Positions 1 through 11,335 of a DNA stretch of 64,000 nt are shown piece after piece. Each line of letters starts with the position of its first letter. The first letter of the stretch is position 1. The DNA lies in NCBI RefSeq assembly GCF_004010195.1, contig NC_057749.1, forward strand, positions 19,859,570-19,923,569. Reading direction: 5' to 3'. This DNA comes from Chiloscyllium plagiosum. Lineage: Eukaryota. The notes below the pieces were generated by a model. That model was not told the origin of the DNA. It saw only the letters and a program-made list of their open reading frames with translations, and ran no database searches. The position numbers and the translations under genes were made by a program.

Positions 1-90
1 CCCACTCCCTCATTTCCCCCCCCCACTCCCTCATTTCCCCCCCCCACTCCCTCAACCCCCAGCCACTCACCCATCTCCCCCCCCAACCCC
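1..90. repeat. C-rich tandem repeat (about 21-22-bp unit CCCACTCCCTCATTTCCCCCC), G-quadruplex-capable on the - strand
   Basis: Two full and one partial copy of cccactccctca(tttc)ccccc at 1-60, followed by further C-runs. Confidence 0.8.
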
Positions 91-180
91 CGTGTCTGGG
101 TGTAGTGTGCGGGGGGGTGGGGTGGGGTGGGGGATGGTGCTGACTGACCGCCCTCAGCCTCAGGTGTTGTCAATGAGCAT

Positions 181-290
181 CAAGGGCCCGCGGCCCGGGG
201 GACACTCACTGGCCCGGCCCGGCCCGGCCCGCCCGACACTCCCATAAATAGGGGAGGCCCGAGCTACGTCCTTGTTGCAAAACGTCTTGG
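181..290 (+). promoter_or_regulatory. CPEB1 core promoter: (GGCCC)n GC-rich tract followed by TATA-like CATAAATA
   Basis: ggcccggcccggcccggcccgccc at 211-234; cataaatag at 243-251, about 150 nt upstream of the ATG at 401; no ATG between the TATA-like box and 401. Confidence 0.6.
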
Positions 291-400
291 TTTAAAGGAA
301 AATTATTTCACACACCCCCGTCCCCTCCCCACCGTTGTGTTGGAGTTTGATTTTTTTTTGTTGTGTTGGTGTCGAGCTGTGTATCCGGGAAGGTGACTCC

Positions 401-415
401 ATGGCTTTCTCACTG
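401..415 (+). CDS. CPEB1: CPEB1 coding exon 1 (MAFSL)
   Basis: ATG GCT TTC TCA CTG followed by a strong phase-0 donor GTAAGG at 416. Matches the recalled vertebrate CPEB1 N-terminus MAFPL/MAFSL and joins in frame to the exon at 3345. Confidence 0.9.
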
Positions 416-1249
416 GTAAGGAGCCCTTTCCGGAGGGGAGCTACCTCCCTCTCAGGACAAGGAGGAGGGGAGCTGCAGACTGTGCTGGGGGTTACTTCAG
501 AGGAATCCTTGGAAACTGGGGACAGAAAATAAATCTGAATTAAACTGCCATGTTTTCTCCTCCCTACCGCTGCAGGGTAGTTACCGTGCATTTTGCATCA
601 TGTTCCTTTCCAACTTTCCAGGGGCTCGTGTAATGTATTTGCTTGCATGTTTTTGTAAAAAATGTTGCTTAATGACCTCTTTACTTCCCTCCCCGCTCGC
701 GAGGTGCTGTCTCGCCTGATTTAAAAAAAGCGGAGACTGCAGCTGTTTTTGCATGAAACAAAGCTGGCGACAGTAAAATCCTCTCGTTTTTGCTAAAATC
801 GCTTTTTAAAAATATGTTTCTGTAGCTTATCATTTGTCACGCAGCGCCTTGTTTTTATTTGTCCAAGCTACTAGCAGCTTAAAGCTAACAAGGGCACACA
901 ATTTTGACCCATGCGTATCTTTTATTCCAAAAGTCTTAAGCGAATCCGTGTTATTGTACACCTGAATTTTGTACAACTCTGCAGAGCTGCCCATTGTAAA
1001 AGTCGAGTCGCTGCTTACTGTGCATGTTATTTCTTTGCAATGCATCCGACTTAAATGTACGAGCGAAGGGTTTTTGTTTTATGTTGCTTAAATATCCGCA
1101 GGAAAAAGGAGGCGTAGTCGTTCATGGTGAGCAAGGGTGGTTTAGAATTGCTTGTGTGCAATACGTTTTTTTTTTATGCATGCAGCAAAAAAGACAGCGT
1201 TGTGACCGAGAAAGGTTGCAACATTGAGGTAGCTCTATTCGGCTGCAGG

Positions 1250-2420
1250 GTGCATCAGTCTGGCTTGACTTTGCCCGGGACTGCACGTGGAGGAGGGCGG
1301 GACGGGGCGGCGCGAGCGGCCGCACATGTGCGTTTGTTTACCAGCCCAGAGAGGACCCGTTCAAATCCCTTGGAGCAGGAGGGGGGGGGTAACAGCAAGG
1401 CAGTGGAGGAATAGGAGTACACACCACTGTTAGTGACCAGAGTTTCACTGCGTATCGCCACCTGTACTTTTTTCAAGTAGTGCTTCGGTCCAAGGGCAGA
1501 CCTGATCTCTATCCAGCCCTTTTATGCCGACCGCTCTTCATCCGCTCACCCCTTCTGCAATGGTTGGAAGAACCACCCGTGTGACTGGGGGTGGGATCCC
1601 CGTGGTGATGTGCCCCGATTGGTAGTATCGCCGTGATTGACGGGCAGAACAGCGAATCGGGCGTTGGCGGGTACTGGAGAGGGTGGGGGGAGCGGTGTAG
1701 TCCGGCGGGTTCAGTTCAGTCGGGACTTAGACGGCGGACAGTGAAGCAGGGTGGTGGGTGGAGAAAGTGGTGGGAGTAACCGTGTGTTACTGGTACCAGT
1801 GGGAGGGGGAAGAAAGGAAAAAACAATTTTAAGTGACTTCGGATTAACGGTAACGGGAATGAACGGGGACGTACCCAAAACACGGTGTGAACGCGGTCGG
1901 GGGTGGGGAGAAGAGTTGCGAGCATTTAAGGGCTGATTCGCTTTAGTTCGGACGATGGAATATCGAAAGATAAGGATATTGTGGGGTAACGGCCCGAAGT
2001 ATGGGCGGGAATGTTTCGAGGCCCCGAACCCTCCGGTTGAGGGGGGGGGTTGTCAGTGGGTGATGGGGATGGAGTTTCCCCGCCCCTCCCCCACTCTATC
2101 CTCAGGTGCCAGTGCGCACGCGTGTCGCCCAGTGACCGCAGTTGGCCGGTGTGCGCATGCGCGCCAGCTTGCACGACCGTGAATGCACGGCTGCTCCCAC
2201 TCCTTTCCCAGGGTGTCTTCCTCGCTTCACACAACCGTGGGTTGCCATGGAAAAAGTGAGGAGTGCGGCTACTGGAGATCAGTAAAACGTGTGTCGCTGT
2301 AAAAGCACAGCAGGCCACGCAGCATCTGAGGGGCAGGAGAGTGGACGTTTCGAGTATACAGTTCATCAGGACTGTTGCTCGTAACGTCGACTCTCTTGCT
2401 CTTCGGATGTTGCATGACCT
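1250..2420. promoter_or_regulatory. CpG-rich region in CPEB1 intron 1 with GC boxes, inverted CCAAT, NRF1 and RFX X-box motifs (probable alternative promoters)
   Basis: High CpG density against a CpG-depleted background. GGGCGG boxes near 1296-1311, ATTGG at 1618-1622, TCAGT initiator-like motifs near 1711-1720, TGCGCATGCGC at 2152-2162, GTTGCCATGGAAAA at 2241-2254. Confidence 0.65.
2247..2255 (+). CDS. CPEB1: Candidate alternative first coding exon of CPEB1 (M-E-K), phase 0
   Basis: Strong Kozak context GCCATGG, three codons ATG GAA AAA, then donor-like GTGAGG at 2256. The phase matches the exon-2 acceptor at 3345. Inferred from motifs only. Confidence 0.4.
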
Positions 2421-3344
2421 CTGTTTCTACAGCACCACACTTTTGACAAGGATTGTCATTGTCAAGGCCACCCACTTTTTTTTTTATTGCACAACCCTTC
2501 AAACTTCAGCTCTGTAGCTGTCCCACTAAGCCAGCCATGCTGATGGAGGTCTAGAGTTTAAGCATGGCAGACTAGTTAAGGATGGCCCAATGCTTCCCCA
2601 AAGGATGTTGGTATGGGTTTTAGTTGTGCATTGGTAACTGGTCAAGTCCAGGTTACTGATTCTGTTCAAATTTTGCCACCTCAATAGTACTTTTGCTGCT
2701 TTCACTAGTTTCTGCATCATAATAGTTCTGACCCAATGATGGGAATTCCAATACTTTACTAAGTTAGGTTGTGATCCTTGTCCTCTAGGTTGTGATTTAA
2801 AAAGATCCTGAAGAAAGAATGCATTCCCTCATTTTTACATTCCACCAGTCCTTGTGTGAAAGGTTTGGACACCAACCTGTTGGACAACTATCTCAATACC
2901 ACCACCTCCTGCTCCCTATCCCCCACACAATGTAATCATTTGCAAGTAAATGACATGTTTCTGTAAATTATGATAAGGTGTCTCCTTAAGTATCGTTTCT
3001 CAGGCTTGATAATAAAGGCAGATTTTTGTATTCAGTCTTTGCATTAGGTTTTTTGGAAGTTTTCATCCTTTTTTTTTCTAGTACTCTTTTTTTTTCTTAT
3101 TGTCATTGGCTGGCTAGATAACAGCTTGTAGGTTGACAACACTAGTTTAATTCCCATTCAGCATGTGGTAAACTTAGCTTTCTCCTTGCTCCATTGCTGG
3201 GAGTGAATGGCAGCAGCAGGCCAGTACTTAAAACTACTGAGAAAGATGAGGCTAAACAGGCCATGAATTAAGTATCTGCCTTTAGGATCAAGCACTTGTG
3301 GAATGGAACTGGTTTTCATGGAAATCTCTTTTCCCCCCCTCCAG

Positions 3345-3528
3345 AACAACGAGATTGGCCGAGGTCAAGATTGCTGGGATGTGCCTACTTCTACAGAAAG
3401 CCCAGCCTTGTCTACCTGCAGGAATGCTGACATCTTCCGTAGAATAAACGCTATGTTAGACAACTCTTTGGATTTCACAGGCGTCTGTACTACTCCTGTC
3501 ACCAAGGGCCAAAGGGAGAATGTGGGAG
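3345..3528 (+). CDS. CPEB1: CPEB1 coding exon 2 (cytoplasmic polyadenylation element-binding protein 1, N-terminal region)
   Basis: Polypyrimidine tract plus CAG acceptor ending at 3344. Encodes [61 protein letters not shown], matching recalled vertebrate CPEB1 (DCWD...[25 protein letters not shown]..VCTTP). Phase-1 donor GAG|GTAATG at 3529. Confidence 0.95.
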
Positions 3529-4534
3529 GTAATGGATTTGATAGGAAAAGTAATAGTAGAAATTCTCTAACTTCTGGTCCAGAAGTCAGCAGGGCATTGT
3601 CATAATTTCAATATCCACTCTTTAAATTGAAATTCAAATGTATTCCATCCACACTGCTTTCATGTTATACAACATTCCTAAAGTGCTTTATGGGAGCTTG
3701 AGTATATGGAGAGGACAGCATGATTTGATAATTTTGTAAAGGGATATGAAAATGATTGAATATCTGCTTGATCAGCAGTTTAAATCCTCTGGAGCGGTTA
3801 GGGAAGAATTTCAAAGCTTGGAACAAAGGTAGCTGAAAGAACCAGTAGTGGTGGTCTAATTTTTTTGTTTTTATGAAATGAATCTGTAAAAGCTTAAACT
3901 GGAGATGTGTAGAGAATGATGTAAAGACAGGAGTGGGTTAGTTTTCGGGGGCGGGGAAGAGGGAAGGAATTGCCATCAATGGCTGGATCTTTCCGTACAG
4001 TTATGGCTACCAAAGTAACAATTTTAATGTTGTAAGAATTGCCCTCCCTCCCCTCCACCCCCACCCCACCAAAAGTAATGGGAGAAAGGTGAGACAACCA
4101 CTCTACCCATGATGTTTCGTCCTCTAGTCAACTAGAATATCATGCTTTATTGTGAGTGCTGTTTATTACTGTAGTGACTGAACATGGTGTGAATTAAAAT
4201 TTATCCTTTTGGTTTTGTTGTAATATCTTGGTTTGTGCTGACCCATTTAATTTTTACTTTTTTTGTAACCATCAGATTAACTACTTTCGACCTGTCTGCA
4301 TAAGCAAATGTTGTCTACTTCCCATGAAATGGGGTAAATATTTTAGCAGTGGTGATTGGATAAATCCTGTCTGATACATTGAGAGGATGCTGACTCTAAA
4401 TTAGTTTCCATACTAGTGCCTCCCTATAATTCCTGTACACTGTCTATTTTTACAAAATTGTTGCTTGAGATCAAGTGTACTGTTTGTGCACCCCCTTTAA
4501 AGGGGACTCTTTAATCACAGTAATGTTGCATTTA

Positions 4535-4828
4535 GATTCTGTGGAATCCCTACTGTCTTAAAGCATGCTACTGAGACCACACTGACCTCTGAAGGCCATC
4601 CCACCCAGACCCTTGCCCTTAGCCCAGTCCCTGTAACCCTGCATTTCCCCTGGCTAATCCATATAGCTTGCACATGTGTGGGCTCTGAGCAATTTAACAT
4701 GGCCAGTCCACCTAATCTGCACATCTTTGGACTTCAGGAGGAAAAACACAGGCACAGGGAGACCTGTGCAAACCCCACGCAGTCATCTACGGGTGGAATT
4801 GAGCCTGGGTCCCTAGTGCTGTAAGGCT
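4535..4828 (-). mobile_element. HE1-like tRNA-derived SINE, diverged
   Basis: Reverse complement of the SINE body (ctgcacatctttggact…, ggaattgagcctgggtccctagtgctgt) shared with other copies in the window. Confidence 0.8.
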
Positions 4829-5699
4829 CATTGTAAAAATGAGTACACTAGCAATTACAACAAAACTTCAATTTGTAAAATTAACATGACAATTAAGTTG
4901 GTGCTCTGTCCACCTTAATTTCAGTTAATTTTAAAGGAAACTTTGACTAAAACTGCAACAGTTCACAATACTAGGAAATATCTCCTGTCTCTATTTCAAT
5001 TCTGCATTTTATCCAGCTTCAGACACTATATTTCCAGAAACGAGTGAAGTATATCCTGTGAATCCTCTTTCTGGTAAGACATTTGTAATATGTATTAGTA
5101 TGTCTGTTCCTGTAACTGAAATCTATTGACTTTACTATCCCTTTACTCTGTTTCTTGGTAAACAGATGCTAGTTTATTCACACCCATGAAAGAAAAGTGG
5201 TAAATATCCTATATATCTTTAATTGAACTTGACGGAAATAAGTTTTTTAACTGTTGGAAGTCTGAAAATAATCCTTTGGTTATAATAGACTTGAAGGCTA
5301 GCAAATGGAAGTATTTATAAATCCCTCTATCCTAACACTAAAATTAATATTGCAAATAACCAACAGATGGCTGGGGTAATACTTCACATTTTAAGGCTCT
5401 GGGCTGTAACAGATGAAAATAACAGCCGACTAAAATCAACACAAATCAAACCTTGATTAAAAGTCAACTAATGGGCCAGAGTAAAGGATAAGTACTCTGG
5501 CATTAATGAATACTATTGCAATACATCGACATCTTTTGCTCTTTCTAGCTGTAGTGAAGTTTGAGAACAACTGTTATTCTTGACTCTCTAGGACAAGTCA
5601 GCAGACTATACTTAACATCTGAATGTTATGTCTCAAACATTACTGAGTTGAGTACAAGTTAAAATAAACAAATATAAACCCAGGATGAATGTTGGAAAC

Positions 5700-6075
5700 C
5701 TGTAACCAAAAGATTCTGGAGAATGCCAACAGGTCTGGCAGCATCTGAAGAAATGTTTCAAGTCTGGTGACCCTCTTAGAGTGGATGTTAGCTGAGTTAG
5801 TGAGAACAAAGGGTTAAGCAAACAAATTGCTACGATCTCCCTTGGCTCAGCAGCAAAGTGTTGCTAACAAGAGGAGCAGCCCATACAGGAGAAGCTGTAG
5901 GGATTAGTCAAAAGGAGTGCAAAGGGTGTTCATGTTCTGAAATGAGTAACGCTCCATGTTCAGTCCTAAAGCTGTAAGGTGACAAAGCAGAACATCAAGT
6001 GTTCCTATAGCTTGTATTGAGCCTTGCTGGTGCACTCCAGTGGACTGGAGCCAAAAAATGTTAGCATGATATGTT
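5700..6075 (-). mobile_element. Degraded Penelope-like terminal-repeat fragment
   Basis: ctggagaa…caggtctggcagcatctg…gtttcaagtctggtgaccct resembles the PLE termini at about 24.0, 24.3 and 54.35 kb and includes a decayed hammerhead-like stem. Confidence 0.45.
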
Positions 6076-6249
6076 GAAGTAGTCATTTTTACAGACCATG
6101 GTCAACCAGTTTTAGTCTTGCCAAATAACTTCAATGCCCTTTCCTGTAATCTTCTCTAGCACTTTAGTTGTGTTAAGTACAATATGGTTGCTATTAGCCA
6201 TGTTTGAACAATCATGTGGATTGTGACCTGAATCTTGAAGGGTACCAGA

Positions 6250-8090
6250 CATTTTAGGAAAGTAGGAAGGATGACTCTTGTATTACAACAACAGGATGAC
6301 CCTGGAATCCATTTAGGAGAAATGCCAAAGGAAAGGAATCACTTGGAGTAATGCATAGCCCCTCTGTAACCACATGACAGGTGGACCGAAAAGGAAGAAA
6401 TAATGGTTTGTCAGAAAGGCGCAAGGGAAGTTTTGATCTTAATGTATACTTAAATTAGATAAGTGATTTGGGGACAGGTTTATAAGTGTTTTTAGGGTAG
6501 CTTGTTAGATCATATCCTCTTGAATTGGCAAAGAGGGCTGGATATAGCAAATCTGGTATTTCTGAACAAAATGGGATTATAAATGATTTCAAAAGTGCAT
6601 ATGGTAGTTGTGATCATAATTGAATTTTACATTGAGTTTAAGGGAGAGAGGAGTGGTTCAAAACAGTATTTGAAATGTTTAAATGAAGGCACAAAAGCAG
6701 TTGGTTAAAATTAGGCTGAACGATGGATTGTTTAAGGACAGTAATAGATCTAAGGGAATATTTCATGTGGACATTCCTAATGTTGGTAGGTATGTATACT
6801 AAGTGGCAAAATTATGCAATACGTTAGTATACCAAACTTCAAGACAGTTGGAGGGCGAGGTGTATGTAATGGCCATCACTGCCTTAGTATACTGGAGAAG
6901 CTGAAAGGTCTAAAGTGGATAAAATCACCTGAGGTAGATTAGTTTTTACCCCAGAGTTCTGAAGGAGATAGCTGAGGAAATTGTGGAAGCACTGGTGGTG
7001 ATCTTTCAGGTCTAATGAGTCAGTGTTCTGGGGGACTGGAAAATGGCTAGGTTTCCCTGAGAAAGAGCAGGCCATAGACTAGAAATCATAGGCCAATTAG
7101 CCTGATCTCAAGAATAGAGGCCTAAATTATTTTCTAAATGGGACAGGTTGCAAAAATCTGAAGTGCAAAGGGACTTGGGAGTCCAATTTCAGTTAACAAT
7201 GCAGGTTCACTTTGCACTTGCATTCATTGCTACTGGCACAGTGGTTAGCACTGCTGCCTCAGTGCCAGAGACCTGGGTTCAATTCCCACCTCAGGCGACT
7301 TACTGACTGTGCAAACTCCACACATTCTCCCCGGGTCTGCGTGGGTTTCCTCCAGGTGCTCCGGTTTCCTCCCACAGTCCAAAAATGTGCAGGTTAGGTG
7401 AATTGGCCATGCTAAATTGCCCATAGTGTTAGGTGAGAGGGTAAATGTAGGGGAATGGGTCTGGGTGGGTTGTGCTTCGGTGGGTCAGTGTGGACTTGTT
7501 GGGCTGAAGGGTCTGTTTCCACACTAAGTAATCTAATCTTAAAAAAAAAATTAGCATTTGTTTTGAGGGCTAGATTACAAGAGCAGCTATGTACGGTTGT
7601 AAGGCTCTGGTGAGACCACCTTTGGAATATTGAGGGCTTGTATTTGCTGGCCTTGGGGTACAGAGGGCAATTACAAAAATCTTGGAGATGAAGGTCTTCT
7701 CATGAGCTATTGAGGACTGTGGGCCTATCTTTCAAAGGATGTGTGGGATTTGATTGAAACTTACAGAATACAGGAGGCTCGGTAGAGTGGATGCAGAGAA
7801 GACATTATTATCTCTATAGTAGGAGAGATAAGGAACTGAGGGCACAGCTTCAATGAAGGATGACTCATGACATGCTAGCCAGGTCATGAATTTGTGGCAG
7901 TTACTGCTGCAGGGCTATGGAGGTCAAGCCAATGAGTTTCTATACCAGAATAGGTTCTTGATTTTAGTAAGGGGATCAAGGGTTGCAAGGAGAAGACAAG
8001 AGAATAGGGTTGAGAAACTGATCAGCCATGATCCAGTATTGGAGTAGACCTTGCTGGGCTGAATGGCCTAATTCTGCTCCTAGATCTAAG
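6250..8090 (+). mobile_element. Degraded CR1-clade LINE, interrupted by a SINE
   Basis: CR1 ORF2 remnants (gtggataaaatcacc, ataggccaattagcctg) and CR1 3' end gatcagccatgat…gggctgaatggcctaattctgctcct. Confidence 0.75.
7234..7550 (+). mobile_element. HE1 SINE (tRNA-derived V-SINE)
   Basis: Pol III A box TGGCACAGTGG, B box GGTTCAATTCC, central gtgggtttcctccaggtgctccggtttcctcccaca domain, (TAATC)n and A tail. Confidence 0.92.
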
Positions 8091-8119
8091 TATTAACTTG
8101 AACTGTTATGATTAGTATT

Positions 8120-9010
8120 AATCTCAAACACCAAGAAAGAAAGCTTGGTTCAAAGACATGGCAGATTAGAAAACTGGATTGAACATGAAAAGCATCTCTA
8201 AAAAGGAGAAATTGAAATGTGAGCTAGCCAGAAATGAAAATATTATTACTTCTAAAGTGGTCTTATTTACCTAACCAGTGTGCACTCTTCACTTTAGAAA
8301 GTGAAGCAGGAGACTTTAATGGGTGAGCATAGTTTTCACACAGGTCTTCTATATAGTAACAATATTTTTGAAGCCGTTCTAAATTAGAAATGGAAAGCCA
8401 GGCCTTCTACCTCTACCACCAGAGAAGTAGCACGGAGTAAATCTTCAGATGCAGTGTCCCAAGTCCTGAGACCGATCCTTAGTTGTAGTTTGGAAAATTG
8501 AAACCAATCTCTCAACATTCCTTGATTTTTGGGACCGTGTTTTCCATCTGGAAGATGGTGAGTATAACACCATTCAAAATGGGAGGGAGAGGAAGTAGGA
8601 TGTGTTTGGATACAAGATATGGTTGGTGAACTTGCTGATGACCAAAATAGGAAAGTTGTGAACAGAGCTGGAGTTTACTAGGTGTTAGATCAAGTGGGCA
8701 AAGGTCTGGCAAATGGAGGAAAGTATCCAGTCTTCCATTTTTTGGCTGGAAGAATAAAGAAGCATATCTTATGGTGAGATTGCAGAACTCTGAAGCAGGA
8801 GAATGAGATGTACTGGTGCATGAATCATGACTTAATATGCAAGTACATAAGTAATTGGGCAAGTGGACAGAATGTTGTCTGTTGCAAGAGGAACTTAATG
8901 TTAAAATTAGTGTTCATGCTTTAGTTTCTTGGTTAGACAGCATCTGAATGGTGATTCCCTTGAAGGATGTAAATGCTTTGGAGCAATGTTCCCTCAAATC
9001 TCTTCTATTC
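8120..9010 (+). mobile_element. Highly degraded CR1 ORF2 fragment
   Basis: Residual CR1 RT-region motifs such as ttagatcaagtgggcaaaggtctggcaaatggag and gtactggtgcatgaatca. Confidence 0.55.
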
Positions 9011-9808
9011 ATTTTTTGGTTTGAAGCTATAAACAAAGTCGAAAACACCCTTTTGGACTGACAGCATTTTTGCTTAAAGGCACAAAAGCTGGTTTTTGTT
9101 AGTGAGGCCAGGCTTAGAAGTTGATTGCAGGTTGGTTTTTGATCAAAAATTTCTACATTGAGACTGGAGTGGGGGAAAGCAGTATGCTTAACCAGATAAG
9201 TGGATGTTGGGCTATTGAAGTCCACAACTGGAAACCTATGCTGCCAGTCTGGGAGGGACCATGATCTTCCCCAGGAGGGACTAGGAGGAGTCATCTAGCT
9301 GTTTCTACAGCTAGAATATTTGAAAGCATCTTGGCTAACCTCTCCTTATCAGCCTCTGGTAGTTCAGAATATAAACTAAATTTCATGTTTTGAGACTTTC
9401 TCCGTGAACTGAGAGGTGGCCATTTTTTCTCAAAGCAAGCAAGAAACCATTTTTCCTGAGGAACAATGCACTGACTACTCGAGCAATCTTGCCAGATTGT
9501 TCTTATTTAACCGTTAAGCTTTTTGTCTTGTGTGAATGGGTCTGGGGAAAAAACAATGGGTTAATCATAGATATTAAGTTACTTACTTTTGTTCAACTGA
9601 AGTTATTAGTTATCTTTTGATTTAATCTGCAGATTCACCTTCTTAATTCTTCTTCAAAGTTTGGGAACCATTGTGGTCACTTTTTTGCAGGGCTTCAAGT
9701 TTTAATTTTATGGTGTTGCAAAAAACAGCTGGCAATGCTGTTTTCTTTTCTTTTTGTTTAAAGACAACAGTTCTTGGTCTCCATCTTGCAACAGCCAAGA
9801 CCTCATTA

Positions 9809-10071
9809 TTTAGATTCCCTCCAATACAGAAAAGGCCCTTGGCCCCACAAGTCCACACTGACCCTGCAAAGAGCAACCCATCCAGCCTCATTCCCCTACC
9901 TATATTTCCCTCTGACTAATGCACGTATATCTGTGGGTAATTGAGCATGGCCAGTTCACTTGATCTGCACATCTTTGGACTGTGGGTAGAAACCCACACA
10001 GATTCAGAAAATTGAACATAGGTCCCTGGCACTGAGGCAGCAGTGCTAACCACTGAGCTACCATGCTGTCC
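9809..10071 (-). mobile_element. HE1 SINE
   Basis: Reverse complement of the SINE head (gaggcagcagtgctaaccactgagc) and tail (ggcccttggccccacaagtccacactgacc). Confidence 0.88.
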
Positions 10072-10079
10072 TTCTAGTG

Positions 10080-10520
10080 GCAGCAAAAATTAGGAGGACC
10101 AAAGCTTCAAGGAGGATTTGAGACTTCCCTCAAATGGGAGCTTTATCTTGAGGAATCTCTGGGCAGATGAGGCTTCTATCCCCTGGAATAGAGTCGTGGT
10201 GACTTGATTAAAACATCTCAAATCATGAGGGACCTCAACAGGATAAATATGTCAAGAATGTCTCCTTGTGGGAGAATCTAGATGTCAGGGTTTCTTCTAT
10301 TTTTAAAATAGAACAAGGATATGGTTTGCTAGACATCTAAGAACGGTCTTGCTAAAAACTTAGTGGAAGCAGAGACTTCTCATATTAAAGCAGAATTTCT
10401 TAGTGAGCAAGGAGTTGAAATATTGTCAAGTTGGTGTGAACATAGTTGAGGTTACAGTCAGATCAGCAATATTTAATTGGTGAATGCTCAGCTAATGACC
10501 TACTTCTGCTCCTAATTTTA
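10080..10520 (+). mobile_element. Old CR1 3' fragment
   Basis: ggtgacttgattaaaaca…, agatcagc…aatgacctacttctgctcctaat 3' end signature. Confidence 0.55.
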
Positions 10521-11335
10521 TGTTCAAATGTTGATGAGGAATGTGCAGCATTTTGCTGTTGGCTGCTAAAATGTGCAGTGTCACAAGTTTCTGCAATCAG
10601 TCCTAGGTTTAGCAATAATTGAAAACAGATTAAGTTCTTATGCAAAAATAGTGTCTCCACCTGAGCTAGAGGTCCTGATTCAAGTTCCACCTGTTCCAGT
10701 GTAATGTTTTCTGCCCAACTTGTTCAAAGATATCTTAGGCTGGGGAAATTTGACTTATAGGTTGGGAGTGAGAATGAGCCTTCTAAGGATTTGTTTGCCC
10801 TATTCTTGAAGGTGGGGGACGGCTGAGGTTGTGAACTGATGATTGCTCCATGGTAGAATCAGGTTCCCACAGACCAGGTTTTAGATTTTGCTTTCATAAC
10901 CTGAATGCAGTGCCTTATGTTGACCATCAAGACACAAGGTAGGGTCCAGTCAAAATTTAAGGGTGTTGAAATCAGCCAATTGATACATCCAATCACTTGC
11001 AATTAATACTTACTATGTGCCTTCTCCCATTTCCTTACATAACTGCATGACTTCTAGCTCACCTTTTAAATTACTAATCCTACTGCCTCTATCATAGTGT
11101 ATTTTTGCTGGAGCAAAGTTAGCTGTTTTGAGTTGTTATATAATTCAACAGTAGACTGTAGCACTTGATTTTGCATTTGATTCTTCATAACATGCATTCA
11201 GCCTTGCCTAAACAGACATAAGGATTTGTATGTTTTGGTACTAGTGTGTTAAGGTGCTAAAATGATTTGGGTTGAATCAGTATTTATGCATTGAGGAACC
11301 TTGGCTTTTTGGAAGTCTTTGGCATTATTTCCAAT

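Noticed and set aside
696..703. CTCGCGAG resembling the TCTCGCGAGA promoter motif
   Set aside because: Only an 8/10 match in a CpG-rich region, with no further support.
292..2720. Many 60-146 aa ORFs around the promoter
   Set aside because: Expected by chance in GC-rich DNA and show no recognisable domains; only MAFSL within ORF 335-532 is real coding sequence.
3303..3605. 100-aa ORF read as a standalone gene
   Set aside because: Only 3345-3528 is CPEB1-like and it is bounded by canonical splice sites; the flanks are intron read-through.
7234..7300. tRNA-like A and B boxes
   Set aside because: These are SINE heads continuing into the HE1 body, not tRNA genes.
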